Source: a virus | Lineage: Duplodnaviria; Caudoviricetes | DNA: 35,972 bases | Virus record (IMG/VR): IMGVR_UViG_3300012953_006567 | Span: 1-35,972 of that record | Strand: one strand, 5' to 3' | In this document: piece by piece, positions 1 to 9,386 of the stretch | How the letters are laid out: each line of letters begins with the position of its first letter | Numbering within the stretch: the stretch's first letter is position 1 | Notes under the pieces: model-generated | Databases searched by the model: none | Told to the model about the DNA's origin: nothing | The model's input: the letters and a program-made list of their open reading frames with translations, nothing else | Position numbers and translations under genes: made by a program

Positions 1-195
1 ATTAAGAATACAACTCTTTACTATTTCATAATGAGTATTATCTGGTGTAACAACAAACACCCAATCAACAGAATCTAATTTATCAATGTAAGTATCTTTA
101 CTTCTACATATAAATTTTACATTCGATAGTTTTTTTAGCTTTGAGTATAATATTTTACCCCAATGACCATAACCAACTAAACCAACATTTAACAT
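1..195 (-). CDS. Gfo/Idh/MocA family NAD(P)-dependent oxidoreductase (5' part; runs off left edge)
   Basis: Not in ORF track. My translation from ATG at 195: MLNVGLVGYGHWGKILYSKLKK...DWVFVVTPDNTHYEIVKSCILN. Has GxGxWG Rossmann start and the D-x-V-x-V-x-TP-xx-H motif. Confidence 0.8.
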   Translation of the reverse strand, partial: MLNVGLVGYGHWGKILYSKLKKLSNVKFICRSKDTYIDKLDSVDWVFVVTPDNTHYEIVKSCILN

Positions 196-205
196 AGAAC
201 TTTAT

Positions 206-934
206 TTACCTTTTAGCTAAATGTGATTTTGTACTTCTTTTAAAGTATTTATTATCTCGTGAATCACCTTGAATATAATTGAATTTAATTTTATTTTTCC
301 AGGCAACATAATTAAAACTTAATTGATCTCTTCTACTTCCATATTGTATTTCTGTCCACCAATTTTCCATTAACTCTATACAATCTTTCTCATTATGTCT
401 CCTCAAAATAACCATTGTAGTTGCCAAACCATTGTTTGGTGGAAATCCTTTTGTATAATATCCGTTGACTTGATTTTCAATAATTTTTGCATTATCTTTA
501 TAGTGATGATAAGGAAAACCGTTAGTACATTGTCCTTCACATTGCCAACCCGGTTCTCCCCCTTGACATCTCTGTGTATTCAACTTACCATAATACAAAA
601 TTATTTTTGCTTCTTCGTATAAACAATTTCGTGAGTCAAGTTTATTTTGTCCGTGATCATATAATGCAATATTGGAATCACCTAAATATTCATCTACCAA
701 TTCATCAACATCCCCAAGAATAGTCATATTACCATCTATGAAAATACTATACTCATAATCTTTTAAATATCTATGTGGCAAAACCTTAAATCTTTTAGCA
801 TTTCTATTATCATCAGAGTATAACGATAAACTATTTTCTTCACTAAAACACTTCCAATCCCAATTTTTAGGTAGTGATTGGGTTATTGGCTCATCATATC
901 CACCAAATATTGTGCTATATATTATATTACTCAT
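206..934 (-). CDS. DUF616 (TOD1/MUCI70-like) putative glycosyltransferase
   Basis: IYSTIFGGYD start, K-x-LPHRY, SIFIDGN, WW-x-E...RDQLSFNYV motifs typical of DUF616. Confidence 0.75.
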   Translation of the reverse strand: MSNIIYSTIFGGYDEPITQSLPKNWDWKCFSEENSLSLYSDDNRNAKRFKVLPHRYLKDYEYSIFIDGNMTILGDVDELVDEYLGDSNIALYDHGQNKLDSRNCLYEEAKIILYYGKLNTQRCQGGEPGWQCEGQCTNGFPYHHYKDNAKIIENQVNGYYTKGFPPNNGLATTMVILRRHNEKDCIELMENWWTEIQYGSRRDQLSFNYVAWKNKIKFNYIQGDSRDNKYFKRSTKSHLAKR

Positions 935-1898
935 ACACCTTTACCCAATGGTTAATCATATCATCCATTAAAGTTTCAAATGTGTATTCTGGTTTCCAAC
1001 CTAATGTAGTTCTTAATTTTGTAGAATCACCACGAAGATATTTAAGTTCTTCTGACCTCATAAATCTTGGATCCTGTGTTACATAATCTTTATAGTCCAT
1101 ACCTAACTTAGAAAATACATATTTACACATATCACCAACCGAATTAGTAACTCCTGTTGCACATACAAAATCATCTGGCTCTGTATGATTTACAATCATA
1201 TGCATTGCTCTCACATAATCCTTTGAATGTCCCCAATCACGATAAGCGTCTAAATTACCAAGAGGTAGTTTATCCCTTAGTCCGTTCTTTATCTCTACTG
1301 CAGTTTTAACAACTTTATTAGTCACAAAATTTGAACCTCGTCTTGGTGATTCGTGGTTGAATAGAATACCATTACATGCAAATAGTTTGTAAGCAAATCT
1401 ATAATGTCTTACCATGTTATAACCAAATACTTTTGTACAACCATAAGGACTTGTCGGCTCCATCTTTGTAGTCTCTCTTTGAAATCCATCTTCATCTACG
1501 GTACGACCAAACATTTCGGAAGATGATGCCTGATAGAATCTTGCATTCGGACAATTATTCTTGTAAGCCTCTAATATGTTTAGTAAACCAAGTGCGTTAG
1601 TCTGTACAGTAAATTGTGGTATATCCATACTAATTCTAACATGACTTTGTGCTGCTATATTATATATTTCATCAGGTTGTATGGTTCGTATCAATCTCTC
1701 CAAGGAACTTACATCAAGTAAATCACCATAATCTAAATTAAGTAATTTAGAAATATGATCTATTCTTGACCTTTGATTTTCAGTTACCGAACTTCTTCGG
1801 ATTATACCATAAACATCATAACCCTTTTCGAGTAATAATTCTGCTAGATAACTTCCATCCTGACCAGATATACCGGTTATGAATGCCTTTTTCTTCAT
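927..1898 (-). CDS. gmd: GDP-mannose 4,6-dehydratase
   Basis: ITGISGQDGSYLAELLL, PDEIYNIAAQSHV, FYQASSSEMFG, SPYGCTK (YxxxK), NGILFNHESPRRG, RDWGH. Confidence 0.95.
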   Translation of the reverse strand: MKKKAFITGISGQDGSYLAELLLEKGYDVYGIIRRSSVTENQRSRIDHISKLLNLDYGDLLDVSSLERLIRTIQPDEIYNIAAQSHVRISMDIPQFTVQTNALGLLNILEAYKNNCPNARFYQASSSEMFGRTVDEDGFQRETTKMEPTSPYGCTKVFGYNMVRHYRFAYKLFACNGILFNHESPRRGSNFVTNKVVKTAVEIKNGLRDKLPLGNLDAYRDWGHSKDYVRAMHMIVNHTEPDDFVCATGVTNSVGDMCKYVFSKLGMDYKDYVTQDPRFMRSEELKYLRGDSTKLRTTLGWKPEYTFETLMDDMINHWVKVYE

Positions 1899-2485
1899 TT
1901 AAAAATCTCCATTTTTGTCAAATTAGGCCAATCCTCTAAAACCCACTTTCGTGGTTCAGTATCCCTAGCCTCTTCAAATTTATCTATACCTATCTGAGCA
2001 ATTTCAGGTGTCATATAATAATGATATCCAATTGTATCTATGTTTTGTTCTCTCCAAGGTACATTTGGAATTCTACCATCATAGACCATTTTAGCTAATT
2101 TATGTGCCGACTTCTTATCATCTACTAAAATCATACCACCCCTACCAAGACTTAAATGTTTTTGAAATTGAAAACTAAGACACATAAGACTATTTGGAAT
2201 ATAACTATTTTCTTTCCATAGTACTGCGGCATCATAAATACCACTATTACTTATTTCATAATAATCTTTCCAATCTTCATCTCTCCACTCCAATGGTATT
2301 CCCAATTTATGTGATAGAAATGGTATGGATAGATAAGTTCTTTTGGGTATTGATAGTTCTTGGATACCCCTTAATCTAAGACAAAGTTCTATTCCATGTG
2401 TACAACTATCTACTGCTATACCATACTTTGCACCAAACCAATCACTAACCAATGACTCAAAATCGTGTACAACCTTCCAACTCAT
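1895..2485 (-). CDS. DegT/DnrJ/EryC1/StrS-like PLP sugar aminotransferase, short form
   Basis: AVDSCTHGIEL, YDAA (PLP Asp), SFQFQKHLSLGRGGMI (PLP Lys motif), GYHYYM. Only 196 aa. Confidence 0.8.
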   Translation of the reverse strand: MSWKVVHDFESLVSDWFGAKYGIAVDSCTHGIELCLRLRGIQELSIPKRTYLSIPFLSHKLGIPLEWRDEDWKDYYEISNSGIYDAAVLWKENSYIPNSLMCLSFQFQKHLSLGRGGMILVDDKKSAHKLAKMVYDGRIPNVPWREQNIDTIGYHYYMTPEIAQIGIDKFEEARDTEPRKWVLEDWPNLTKMEIFK

Positions 2486-2487
2486 AA

Positions 2488-3414
2488 CTATTTTAAAGTA
2501 ACCTTGTTATCAAAAATATTAACATAACCATTTCGTAGATAAGTATCAATATTATTGTTGATATCACACCATTTTTTTGCATATTTACCTTTATATTTTT
2601 CCGAAAACATTGGATGATAATATTCATCACATCCCTCAAAAAAATAGTGAATAGCCTGTGTTAATCGTGTTTTTTCAAAATCTGTTACTCCCTCTATATT
2701 ACAGCCTCCATGTAAAAGATTTGCCGACCAAATTAAAGCAGTTCCTTTTTTTATATTGGCAATATAAGATTCAACCTTTTTTTCTTCTACTAAACTTTGG
2801 ATAAATTCTTCATATATAGTATAATTTACCTCTTCACCATTTTCTATTTTATCTGGATGTGGTAAATTTAATGAATCATAATCATAAACATCCCACTTAT
2901 GACTTTTGGGAATAATTTTTAACGAACCATTTGACTCGTCAACATTTTCAAGTGCAACCCAAACACCCACCATCCAAAGTTGTGGAATAGTATGAAAGTG
3001 AATTATATCACTATGCAATGGTTGATTGCTACCCTTGAAAAAATTAATTGTTGAAAATGGAAACGGTTTTTTTCTATAAAACATCTTTAATATATTTAAT
3101 ATTTTACTGTTTACACATAATTTTGCAACAAATTCACTCTGTTTCCAAAGTTCAAATATTCTTTTAGATGTAGTGTATTGATAATGATCAGATTGATAAA
3201 CGGTTGTTGATGAATCACTAAATTTATACATATCCTTAACAATACAATCAACTTCGTTATCAGTTAATTTTAAATCAATTTCCACATATCCATCTTCGTG
3301 GTACTTTGAACATAATTCTTTTTCATCATTTGATAAATCTGATGCATCAAGTAGGTCATAAAAAAATGGTGATTCTATCCAAGGTAAAGATAACTGGTTC
3401 TTTTCAAATTTCAT
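2488..3414 (-). CDS. Phytanoyl-CoA dioxygenase (PhyH) family 2OG-Fe(II) oxygenase
   Basis: QPLHSD (HxD), VWVALENVDESNGSLKIIPKSH, LIWSANLLHGG, distal Arg. Confidence 0.85.
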   Translation of the reverse strand: MKFEKNQLSLPWIESPFFYDLLDASDLSNDEKELCSKYHEDGYVEIDLKLTDNEVDCIVKDMYKFSDSSTTVYQSDHYQYTTSKRIFELWKQSEFVAKLCVNSKILNILKMFYRKKPFPFSTINFFKGSNQPLHSDIIHFHTIPQLWMVGVWVALENVDESNGSLKIIPKSHKWDVYDYDSLNLPHPDKIENGEEVNYTIYEEFIQSLVEEKKVESYIANIKKGTALIWSANLLHGGCNIEGVTDFEKTRLTQAIHYFFEGCDEYYHPMFSEKYKGKYAKKWCDINNNIDTYLRNGYVNIFDNKVTLK

Positions 3415-3925
3415 AACCTAACTCCTTAGCATATTTATATGCATTCTTACTATCTCTCATTTTGATTGGTCTGGCAGGACTACCTGCATAAATAGTCCAG
3501 GATTCGGTATCCTTTGTTAGTAGTGAATGTGCCCCAACTACTGAACCTTCCGCTAATGTTATTCCTGGCAAAACACAAGAATTAATACCAATACAAGAAA
3601 ACATTTTAAATGTAACTGGTTCGATAACAACATCTTTATATTTTCTTGGAACCTGTGGATTCATGAGTGATCCTGTACTAAAATCGTCTCCACCACATAC
3701 TACTTTTGCCCCTGCTGCCAATCCACTAAAATGTTCCATTGTTAACATTGCATCAAATCCACCTATTATTACACAATATGGTGCCATATGAACATAATCT
3801 CCAATATCAAGTTTTGTAGTACAATAAACTCCCTTATCAATAGCAACATAATTACCAAACTTTACATCATTTTCATGTTTAAGATAAACATCCGAATCCA
3901 TTCTAAAATCAATACCGGTATTCAT
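3404..3925 (-). CDS. Left-handed beta-helix (hexapeptide repeat) acyltransferase
   Basis: IGDYVHMAPYCVI, IGINSCVLPGITLAEGSVVGAHS, YAGSPARPIK. Start placed at ATG 3925 (TAATG overlap); ORF track extends to 3961. Confidence 0.85.
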   Translation of the reverse strand: MNTGIDFRMDSDVYLKHENDVKFGNYVAIDKGVYCTTKLDIGDYVHMAPYCVIIGGFDAMLTMEHFSGLAAGAKVVCGGDDFSTGSLMNPQVPRKYKDVVIEPVTFKMFSCIGINSCVLPGITLAEGSVVGAHSLLTKDTESWTIYAGSPARPIKMRDSKNAYKYAKELGYEI

Positions 3926-4578
3926 TAAAAATCTAAGCCCCCGTTTATTTTTAATGAACACCCACTTACATATTCGGTATCTATCAAATATCTAACAGCG
4001 TTTTCTATTTCAGATATCTTACCCCATCTCTTTAAAGGTATATTATTTTTAACTTTTGTTCTAAATGGTTCTGGTACTTCATAAGTAAGTCCACCATCCA
4101 TATAACCCAACTGTAAAGAATTACAAGTAATACCTTTGCTGAGATTTTCTACACTACAAGTTTTTACTAAATTATCTATAAAAGCCTTACATCCAGAATA
4201 TACACCCGTTCCAAATGCAGGTTTAGTAGACATTATAGAAGAGGTTAGTATAATTCGACCATATCCATCTTCTCTCATACCTGATAAGCAATTTGATAAT
4301 ATATTTAAATTACCCTCTATGTTAACTTTAATTTGTTTTTTTATCTGAATATTGTCACCATCATATTTATGTAGAACAGTATTATAATTGTACCCACTAA
4401 AATTAACTACAATACCAATATCTGTTTCAGATTGAAAAAAATCCTTGACCTCTTGAAAATTTGTCACATCTACATCTTTAGAACTTAGTGGAATTACATT
4501 ATAGTCATTTTTTAATTTATCACATAGTGGTTTACCCAAACCACCACTCCCACCAAAAACTACTAATCGTTTATTCAT
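3925..4578 (-). CDS. Short-chain dehydrogenase/reductase, FabG/acetoacetyl-CoA reductase-like
   Basis: GGSGGLG, GRIILTSS, YSGCK (YxxxK), IPLKRWG, INGG. Confidence 0.85.
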   Translation of the reverse strand: MNKRLVVFGGSGGLGKPLCDKLKNDYNVIPLSSKDVDVTNFQEVKDFFQSETDIGIVVNFSGYNYNTVLHKYDGDNIQIKKQIKVNIEGNLNILSNCLSGMREDGYGRIILTSSIMSTKPAFGTGVYSGCKAFIDNLVKTCSVENLSKGITCNSLQLGYMDGGLTYEVPEPFRTKVKNNIPLKRWGKISEIENAVRYLIDTEYVSGCSLKINGGLDF

Positions 4579-5512
4579 GATTAATCACCATTGAACCCCA
4601 ATTCCAACCAGAACCTATTGCAGTAAGTAATAATTTATCACCATCCTTCACTTCACTATTTTTAAATGCATCATCTAATGCTATCGGTATAGATGCTCCT
4701 GCAATATTACCATACATATCCATAACTGATTTCATTTTATAATCTGGTATACCCACTTCCTTTATTATTTCATGTAAAACTTTTATACCTGCCTGATGGG
4801 GAATTATTAATGATATGTCTTTGGATTTCAGATTAGTTTCTTTCAACACAGATTTTATAGATTTAGGAAGTACATTTAAAGCCTGTTCTCTTACTTCTCT
4901 TGGTGTAGTTTTATATTTAGTATCCAATTCACAATTGAAACCACTAAAACCAGTACCACTACCATCACTTTTTATTTCAGTAAATATCCATCCCTTTTCT
5001 GATTGACCAAGTATTACTGCACCTGCACCATCACCAAAAAATATACAATCTCTGTGTGTATAGTCTGTTATATTAGAATAAGCTTCTGTGCCCACAATTA
5101 ATATATTTTTATACATACCACAACTAACCAAAGGTGCAATAACTCCAATAGAAAATAAAAATCCCGCACATACTGCGTTTATATCAAAACAGGGTATCTG
5201 TCTTTTTAATCCTAACTTTCTATGAATAGTACATGCAGTTGATGGTGATATTCTTTCTGGACTTGATGTTGCCACAACAATCATATCTATATCGTCATAA
5301 CTTACATGAGAGTTAGATATAGCCTTTATAGCAGACTTAACTCCTAAATCCGAAACACTTTCATCTCCAACTATTCTGCGTTCTCTGATACCTAAATTAT
5401 TATATATCCAATCATGTGTAGTATCTATATTTTTAGATATATCGTGGTTAGTAATTATTTTTTGAGGAAGATATGAACCAGTACCTTTAAGTTTTACATT
5501 ATGTATATACAT
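4571..5512 (-). CDS. fabH: 3-oxoacyl-ACP synthase III (KAS III)
   Basis: GTGSYLP, GIRERR, catalytic triad in DINAVCAGF (Cys), PHQAG (His), YGNIAGASIP (Asn); FGDGAGA. Confidence 0.92.
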   Translation of the reverse strand: MYIHNVKLKGTGSYLPQKIITNHDISKNIDTTHDWIYNNLGIRERRIVGDESVSDLGVKSAIKAISNSHVSYDDIDMIVVATSSPERISPSTACTIHRKLGLKRQIPCFDINAVCAGFLFSIGVIAPLVSCGMYKNILIVGTEAYSNITDYTHRDCIFFGDGAGAVILGQSEKGWIFTEIKSDGSGTGFSGFNCELDTKYKTTPREVREQALNVLPKSIKSVLKETNLKSKDISLIIPHQAGIKVLHEIIKEVGIPDYKMKSVMDMYGNIAGASIPIALDDAFKNSEVKDGDKLLLTAIGSGWNWGSMVINHE

Positions 5513-5935
5513 TTATAAAAAAACTTTATCATTTTTTTGTCCTTTATATGGACCCGTTTTATACTCGTAAACTAAAGTATCATCCTCTAATATTAAATAG
5601 GTGTGTCCACCACCTAAAGTCACAGAACAATCGCCTTGTTTTAGTACAGGTTTAGATAATGTAACTCCATCCGTATCCATCAAATTACATTCTACGCTAC
5701 CTTTTATTACCACCCAAGATTCTTGAGCTATACATTGTTCTTCACCTGGTTTCCAAATATGTTGATGTGGTTTAAAAGTATGTCCCTCATTCATATTTAA
5801 TGCTGATAACTGAATGAATTCCTTTTCTCCTACTACATCTCGTCTATGTCCTTCTTCTATCGTGTAGAATTCATTGGCCTTATGAATAATATGTAACAAC
5901 TTATCAGGATCTACCTTTGAATAAATCAATTTCAA
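5513..5935 (-). CDS. Cupin-fold protein, WbuC-like
   Basis: PHQH, QESWVVIKG, GGHTY, EYKTGPY; located in a sugar cluster. Confidence 0.7.
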   Translation of the reverse strand: MKLIYSKVDPDKLLHIIHKANEFYTIEEGHRRDVVGEKEFIQLSALNMNEGHTFKPHQHIWKPGEEQCIAQESWVVIKGSVECNLMDTDGVTLSKPVLKQGDCSVTLGGGHTYLILEDDTLVYEYKTGPYKGQKNDKVFL

Positions 5936-6678
5936 TGATATACCTCCTTTATAATTTTATTATCGACCACAGGTTCATAATGTCTTAACATTCCCATCTT
6001 GGGTATTGCAAAAAGTCTGTCATCTAATAAACTATGAAGTCCAGTATTCATCCACCTACCATTTTGTCGTTGAAAAAAGTTTTCAAATGAATGTGGTGTT
6101 TTCTGTGGAAATCGTTCCAGTACTTGATTTTCATAGTTTAAATTTAAATATGTTAAAATTTCATTTAAAAATGATTTTTTATAAACGGAAACAGATGATA
6201 CCGTTTGAGTTGTCCACTTATTACTATTTACTAAATGTAAAAACTTTTTAGTATCATAGTTACCAAAATATTTTTTATCCGTACCATAAAATTTTATATC
6301 ATCGATTCTTGACATTTGCATAAATTCACAATCATATTTTATAAACTCATCCATAAGATTATCAAAATATTCCATTGTATTAATTACAGTTGTATCTTCG
6401 GGTGGAAATATAAATATATAATCTTCTTTAATATCGAAAATCATACTTTGAATTATTCTTCCATAATCTTCTGTTAAATCATTATAAAATGTTAAGTTTT
6501 TAATATTTTTACTGAAACATTTATAAACATCATTAAAAAAAGTTGGTGTATTATAATTCACATACCAGTTATATTCACCAAAATATTTATTTTGTATTGG
6601 TAAAACATGATGTAAAGTTTTCAATCTTTCTTCGTGAGTAACCACAAAGTTTTGGACTATTGCTAATTTATTCTTCAT
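5932..6678 (-). CDS. Hypothetical protein, possible GT-A glycosyltransferase
   Basis: YIFIFPPEDT acidic motif after a beta strand, SVYKKSFL and PHSFE; glycan-cluster context. Confidence 0.45.
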   Translation of the reverse strand: MKNKLAIVQNFVVTHEERLKTLHHVLPIQNKYFGEYNWYVNYNTPTFFNDVYKCFSKNIKNLTFYNDLTEDYGRIIQSMIFDIKEDYIFIFPPEDTTVINTMEYFDNLMDEFIKYDCEFMQMSRIDDIKFYGTDKKYFGNYDTKKFLHLVNSNKWTTQTVSSVSVYKKSFLNEILTYLNLNYENQVLERFPQKTPHSFENFFQRQNGRWMNTGLHSLLDDRLFAIPKMGMLRHYEPVVDNKIIKEVYH

Positions 6679-7544
6679 ATATAATCTACCCCATCAATAT
6701 AATTCATACCAAGTGGATATTGCCTAACAGATTCATATGATTTACTATACCTCATTATCAAATGATTTGTTCCACATTGATTTGATATATTCACTTTTGC
6801 CTTAGATTTAATGTAAAGTTGGATTCTCAAATCTATATTTCTCATATCTAATGTACCATCTATAAAGTGAAATTCGGTTTCCTTTAAAGGTTTATAAGTC
6901 CAATAAAAATAAGGTAAGGAATTTTCCTTTAAAACTTTGGTCATAACCTTTTTATCCTTATCATAACTTTCTTGATGGTGTTTACCCATCTGAGTTCCAA
7001 ATCGTTCAGAAACCAATAAACAACCAAAATCTTTACCTTTGGTTCTGTCTTTTATTATTGCTTTACCGAGTGTCTCCTCTTTGGGTGACCAATACATTTC
7101 TGGTTGATAATCATCCATTTCCTTACCTGTAAATTGCCAAAACTTTAACATTTGTTTCAACAGTGGATTGTCTTTTTTAGTCTTGTCGTAAATTCTATAA
7201 TGATCATGAAATACTTCACCCTCTATCTCATCAACAAACTCATCTACATATGGGTTATTTTTAAACACCACATCACAATTGTTATGAAACTTTCCAAACA
7301 ACTGATTAATTAATTTTTTCGTAGGAACAACTACCTTACAATTTGGATACTTTTCTTTCAATAAACGAGGCATTGCTGATATGATTCCCCAATCACCTAT
7401 TCCGTGTGCGGTTCTCATAACCATAAACTTTTGCTTATCTAAATATTCATCGGGTATTCTCAATCCTTCTGATTCTTCAAATCCAAGTTCATTTGTTTCT
7501 TCAACAGGATATAGTTTGTTATCTACTATTCTCCAAAATATCAT
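6675..7544 (-). CDS. Glycosyltransferase family 9-like (heptosyltransferase-like) protein
   Basis: GIGDWGIISAMPRLLKEKYPNCKV and FKNNPYVDEF match the GT9 N-terminal signature. Start set at the ATGA overlap (ORF track 7586). Confidence 0.65.
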   Translation of the reverse strand: MIFWRIVDNKLYPVEETNELGFEESEGLRIPDEYLDKQKFMVMRTAHGIGDWGIISAMPRLLKEKYPNCKVVVPTKKLINQLFGKFHNNCDVVFKNNPYVDEFVDEIEGEVFHDHYRIYDKTKKDNPLLKQMLKFWQFTGKEMDDYQPEMYWSPKEETLGKAIIKDRTKGKDFGCLLVSERFGTQMGKHHQESYDKDKKVMTKVLKENSLPYFYWTYKPLKETEFHFIDGTLDMRNIDLRIQLYIKSKAKVNISNQCGTNHLIMRYSKSYESVRQYPLGMNYIDGVDYI

Positions 7545-7828
7545 ATCTTGATTCTTCCCATTATTATTTCTTTGAACATTATCCAATCACATATTTTAGC
7601 CTTGAGTGGGTTATGAAATGCAGCTGGTTTATTTTTTTCAAATAAATAATGACCACTCCAAGCAAAAGGATAAATCACAAATGGTATAATTGGAATCAAG
7701 TACCAATACCAGTTATAAATTACAAATATAGTAAATATCAATGTGAATACTTGACCTGTAAAGTGTAACCTTCTACATCTTCTGTCTTGATGGAGTGTTA
7801 GGTAGTATTTATAATACTCATTTATCAT
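7541..7828 (-). CDS. DUF962/Mpo1-like small membrane protein
   Basis: YLTLH...RRLHFTG, hydrophobic segment, YPFAWSGHYLFEKNKPA, DWIMF. Confidence 0.8.
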   Translation of the reverse strand: MINEYYKYYLTLHQDRRCRRLHFTGQVFTLIFTIFVIYNWYWYLIPIIPFVIYPFAWSGHYLFEKNKPAAFHNPLKAKICDWIMFKEIIMGRIKI

Positions 7829-8234
7829 TCCAACTAACTTCCCAATCTTTAAATTCTGATGCTATACAATCTATCTTATAATCTTTTCTACCACCCACGA
7901 CTTCCATAATTTTATTTATTGCAGTATTTCTAATACCATTTAATCCGTGAGTTAACATTAAATTATCTGAACCTTTTTGACCTTTTCTAACCATAGATTC
8001 ATTATACCAAATATGTGCATTCATTTGAGACAATACCACAATTGCTCGTATAACCTCACCCGTTATCTCACCTTTATGATCCCTAAGAATCATATCGATA
8101 TCATGTACCATATCACTCATTTCTTTTGCATAATTCTTTTTGTTTTCAGGAATGAAAACTTCTTTTAATTGATGAATACTCAATCTATCAATTAACTCAC
8201 CAAGAGTAGGTAACCATCTTCTCTGTTTTGCCAT
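7818..8234 (-). CDS. Helical hypothetical protein, DUF4254/DUF6165-like
   Basis: TLGELIDRLSI-x-QLK, N-xx-IW-xx-E, N-xx-RN-xx-IN motifs; such genes often neighbour GT9 genes. Confidence 0.5.
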   Translation of the reverse strand: MAKQRRWLPTLGELIDRLSIHQLKEVFIPENKKNYAKEMSDMVHDIDMILRDHKGEITGEVIRAIVVLSQMNAHIWYNESMVRKGQKGSDNLMLTHGLNGIRNTAINKIMEVVGGRKDYKIDCIASEFKDWEVSWNDK

Positions 8235-8911
8235 TACATTCTCCTTACATTCAACTCTTCACTAAAATTAGTATTGTAATATAAATTTTGCTGTTCTTGT
8301 TTTTCGATTGTTTTTGGATGATATAAACTTAACTCTTCGTGTGGTGGTAGGTGCGAGTAAGTTTTACAACCTACAATGTGTTCATGAAGTGGTCTTGTCC
8401 AACGAATTTCACTATCACGGCGGAATACACGGGCTTGATAATCAGGATAGTTCACCCATTTCTTTTCTGTAACTCTCCAACCCCATCTTTGTATGTGTTC
8501 ATCTGTCATACCATCGATAGTGTTGACTCTTGGTATCCAAACCAAGTCAACTCCATCATTCATTTCTAATATTTGTTTAAGTTGCTGTAATAATATCTCG
8601 TGTGGATATTCATCGGCATCTATATGAAAGATATAATCACCAGTTGACTTTTCTATTACAGAATTCTTGTGGTCTGCAAAATTCCCATCAAGTTTTCTAT
8701 TATATACTATGATGTCTTTCTTTTTATCAATATCACCACTACCATATTGTTGAACCCAGCTCGTAATAACTTCTTGTACCTTTTCATCATTACCATCAAC
8801 ACAAATAACGATTTCATCTTCAGTATCGGTTTTGTGTACTAATACTTCTAATAACTTATTCAGTTCTTCAGCTTCATTATGAACTGTAATACCATAACTA
8901 ATCTTCATCAC
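8234..8911 (-). CDS. Glycosyltransferase family 2
   Basis: ISYGITVHNE, GDYIFHIDADE (DxD), YPDYQARVF, LHE. Confidence 0.88.
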   Translation of the reverse strand: MMKISYGITVHNEAEELNKLLEVLVHKTDTEDEIVICVDGNDEKVQEVITSWVQQYGSGDIDKKKDIIVYNRKLDGNFADHKNSVIEKSTGDYIFHIDADEYPHEILLQQLKQILEMNDGVDLVWIPRVNTIDGMTDEHIQRWGWRVTEKKWVNYPDYQARVFRRDSEIRWTRPLHEHIVGCKTYSHLPPHEELSLYHPKTIEKQEQQNLYYNTNFSEELNVRRM

Positions 8912-9386
8912 TTAAACCAAATTTTTTGATTGAAGCTGGATCTAATACTCTGATAAAATCGTATTCACATATATCAACTTTTGATATTTTATCTAACTTA
9001 AATGTCTTGTATATATTTGGAATTTGTCTTGTCAAAGTCTTTACTCTTTTATTGTAAAATTTAATATTTGCCCTACCATCAGGAGTTTTCATTTCTAAAA
9101 ATGTAGTACCTCGATTGTCTACTACCATTTCTTGCAATCCACCGGTTTCTTTTACAACTTTTTTTAACTCTCTTGGTGGTAAATAGTCCATATCAAGACA
9201 ATGTAATAATTTTTCTTTATCGTTACCGGTATATGGATAGATATTTAAAGCTACCACTAAGTATCGTGTTTTATTTGCTGAATCACTCTTATATCTAAGT
9301 TCATATATAGGACCAGATTCAATGGTTTTTGGAGTAACAGTTTTTCTGTTTTTAACATTTCTAAAGTGTTGAGAAAAATATCCCAT
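8898..9386 (-). CDS. Hypothetical protein
   Basis: 162-aa ORF in the operon, translationally coupled; no recognised motif. Confidence 0.7.
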   Translation of the reverse strand: MGYFSQHFRNVKNRKTVTPKTIESGPIYELRYKSDSANKTRYLVVALNIYPYTGNDKEKLLHCLDMDYLPPRELKKVVKETGGLQEMVVDNRGTTFLEMKTPDGRANIKFYNKRVKTLTRQIPNIYKTFKLDKISKVDICEYDFIRVLDPASIKKFGLSDED

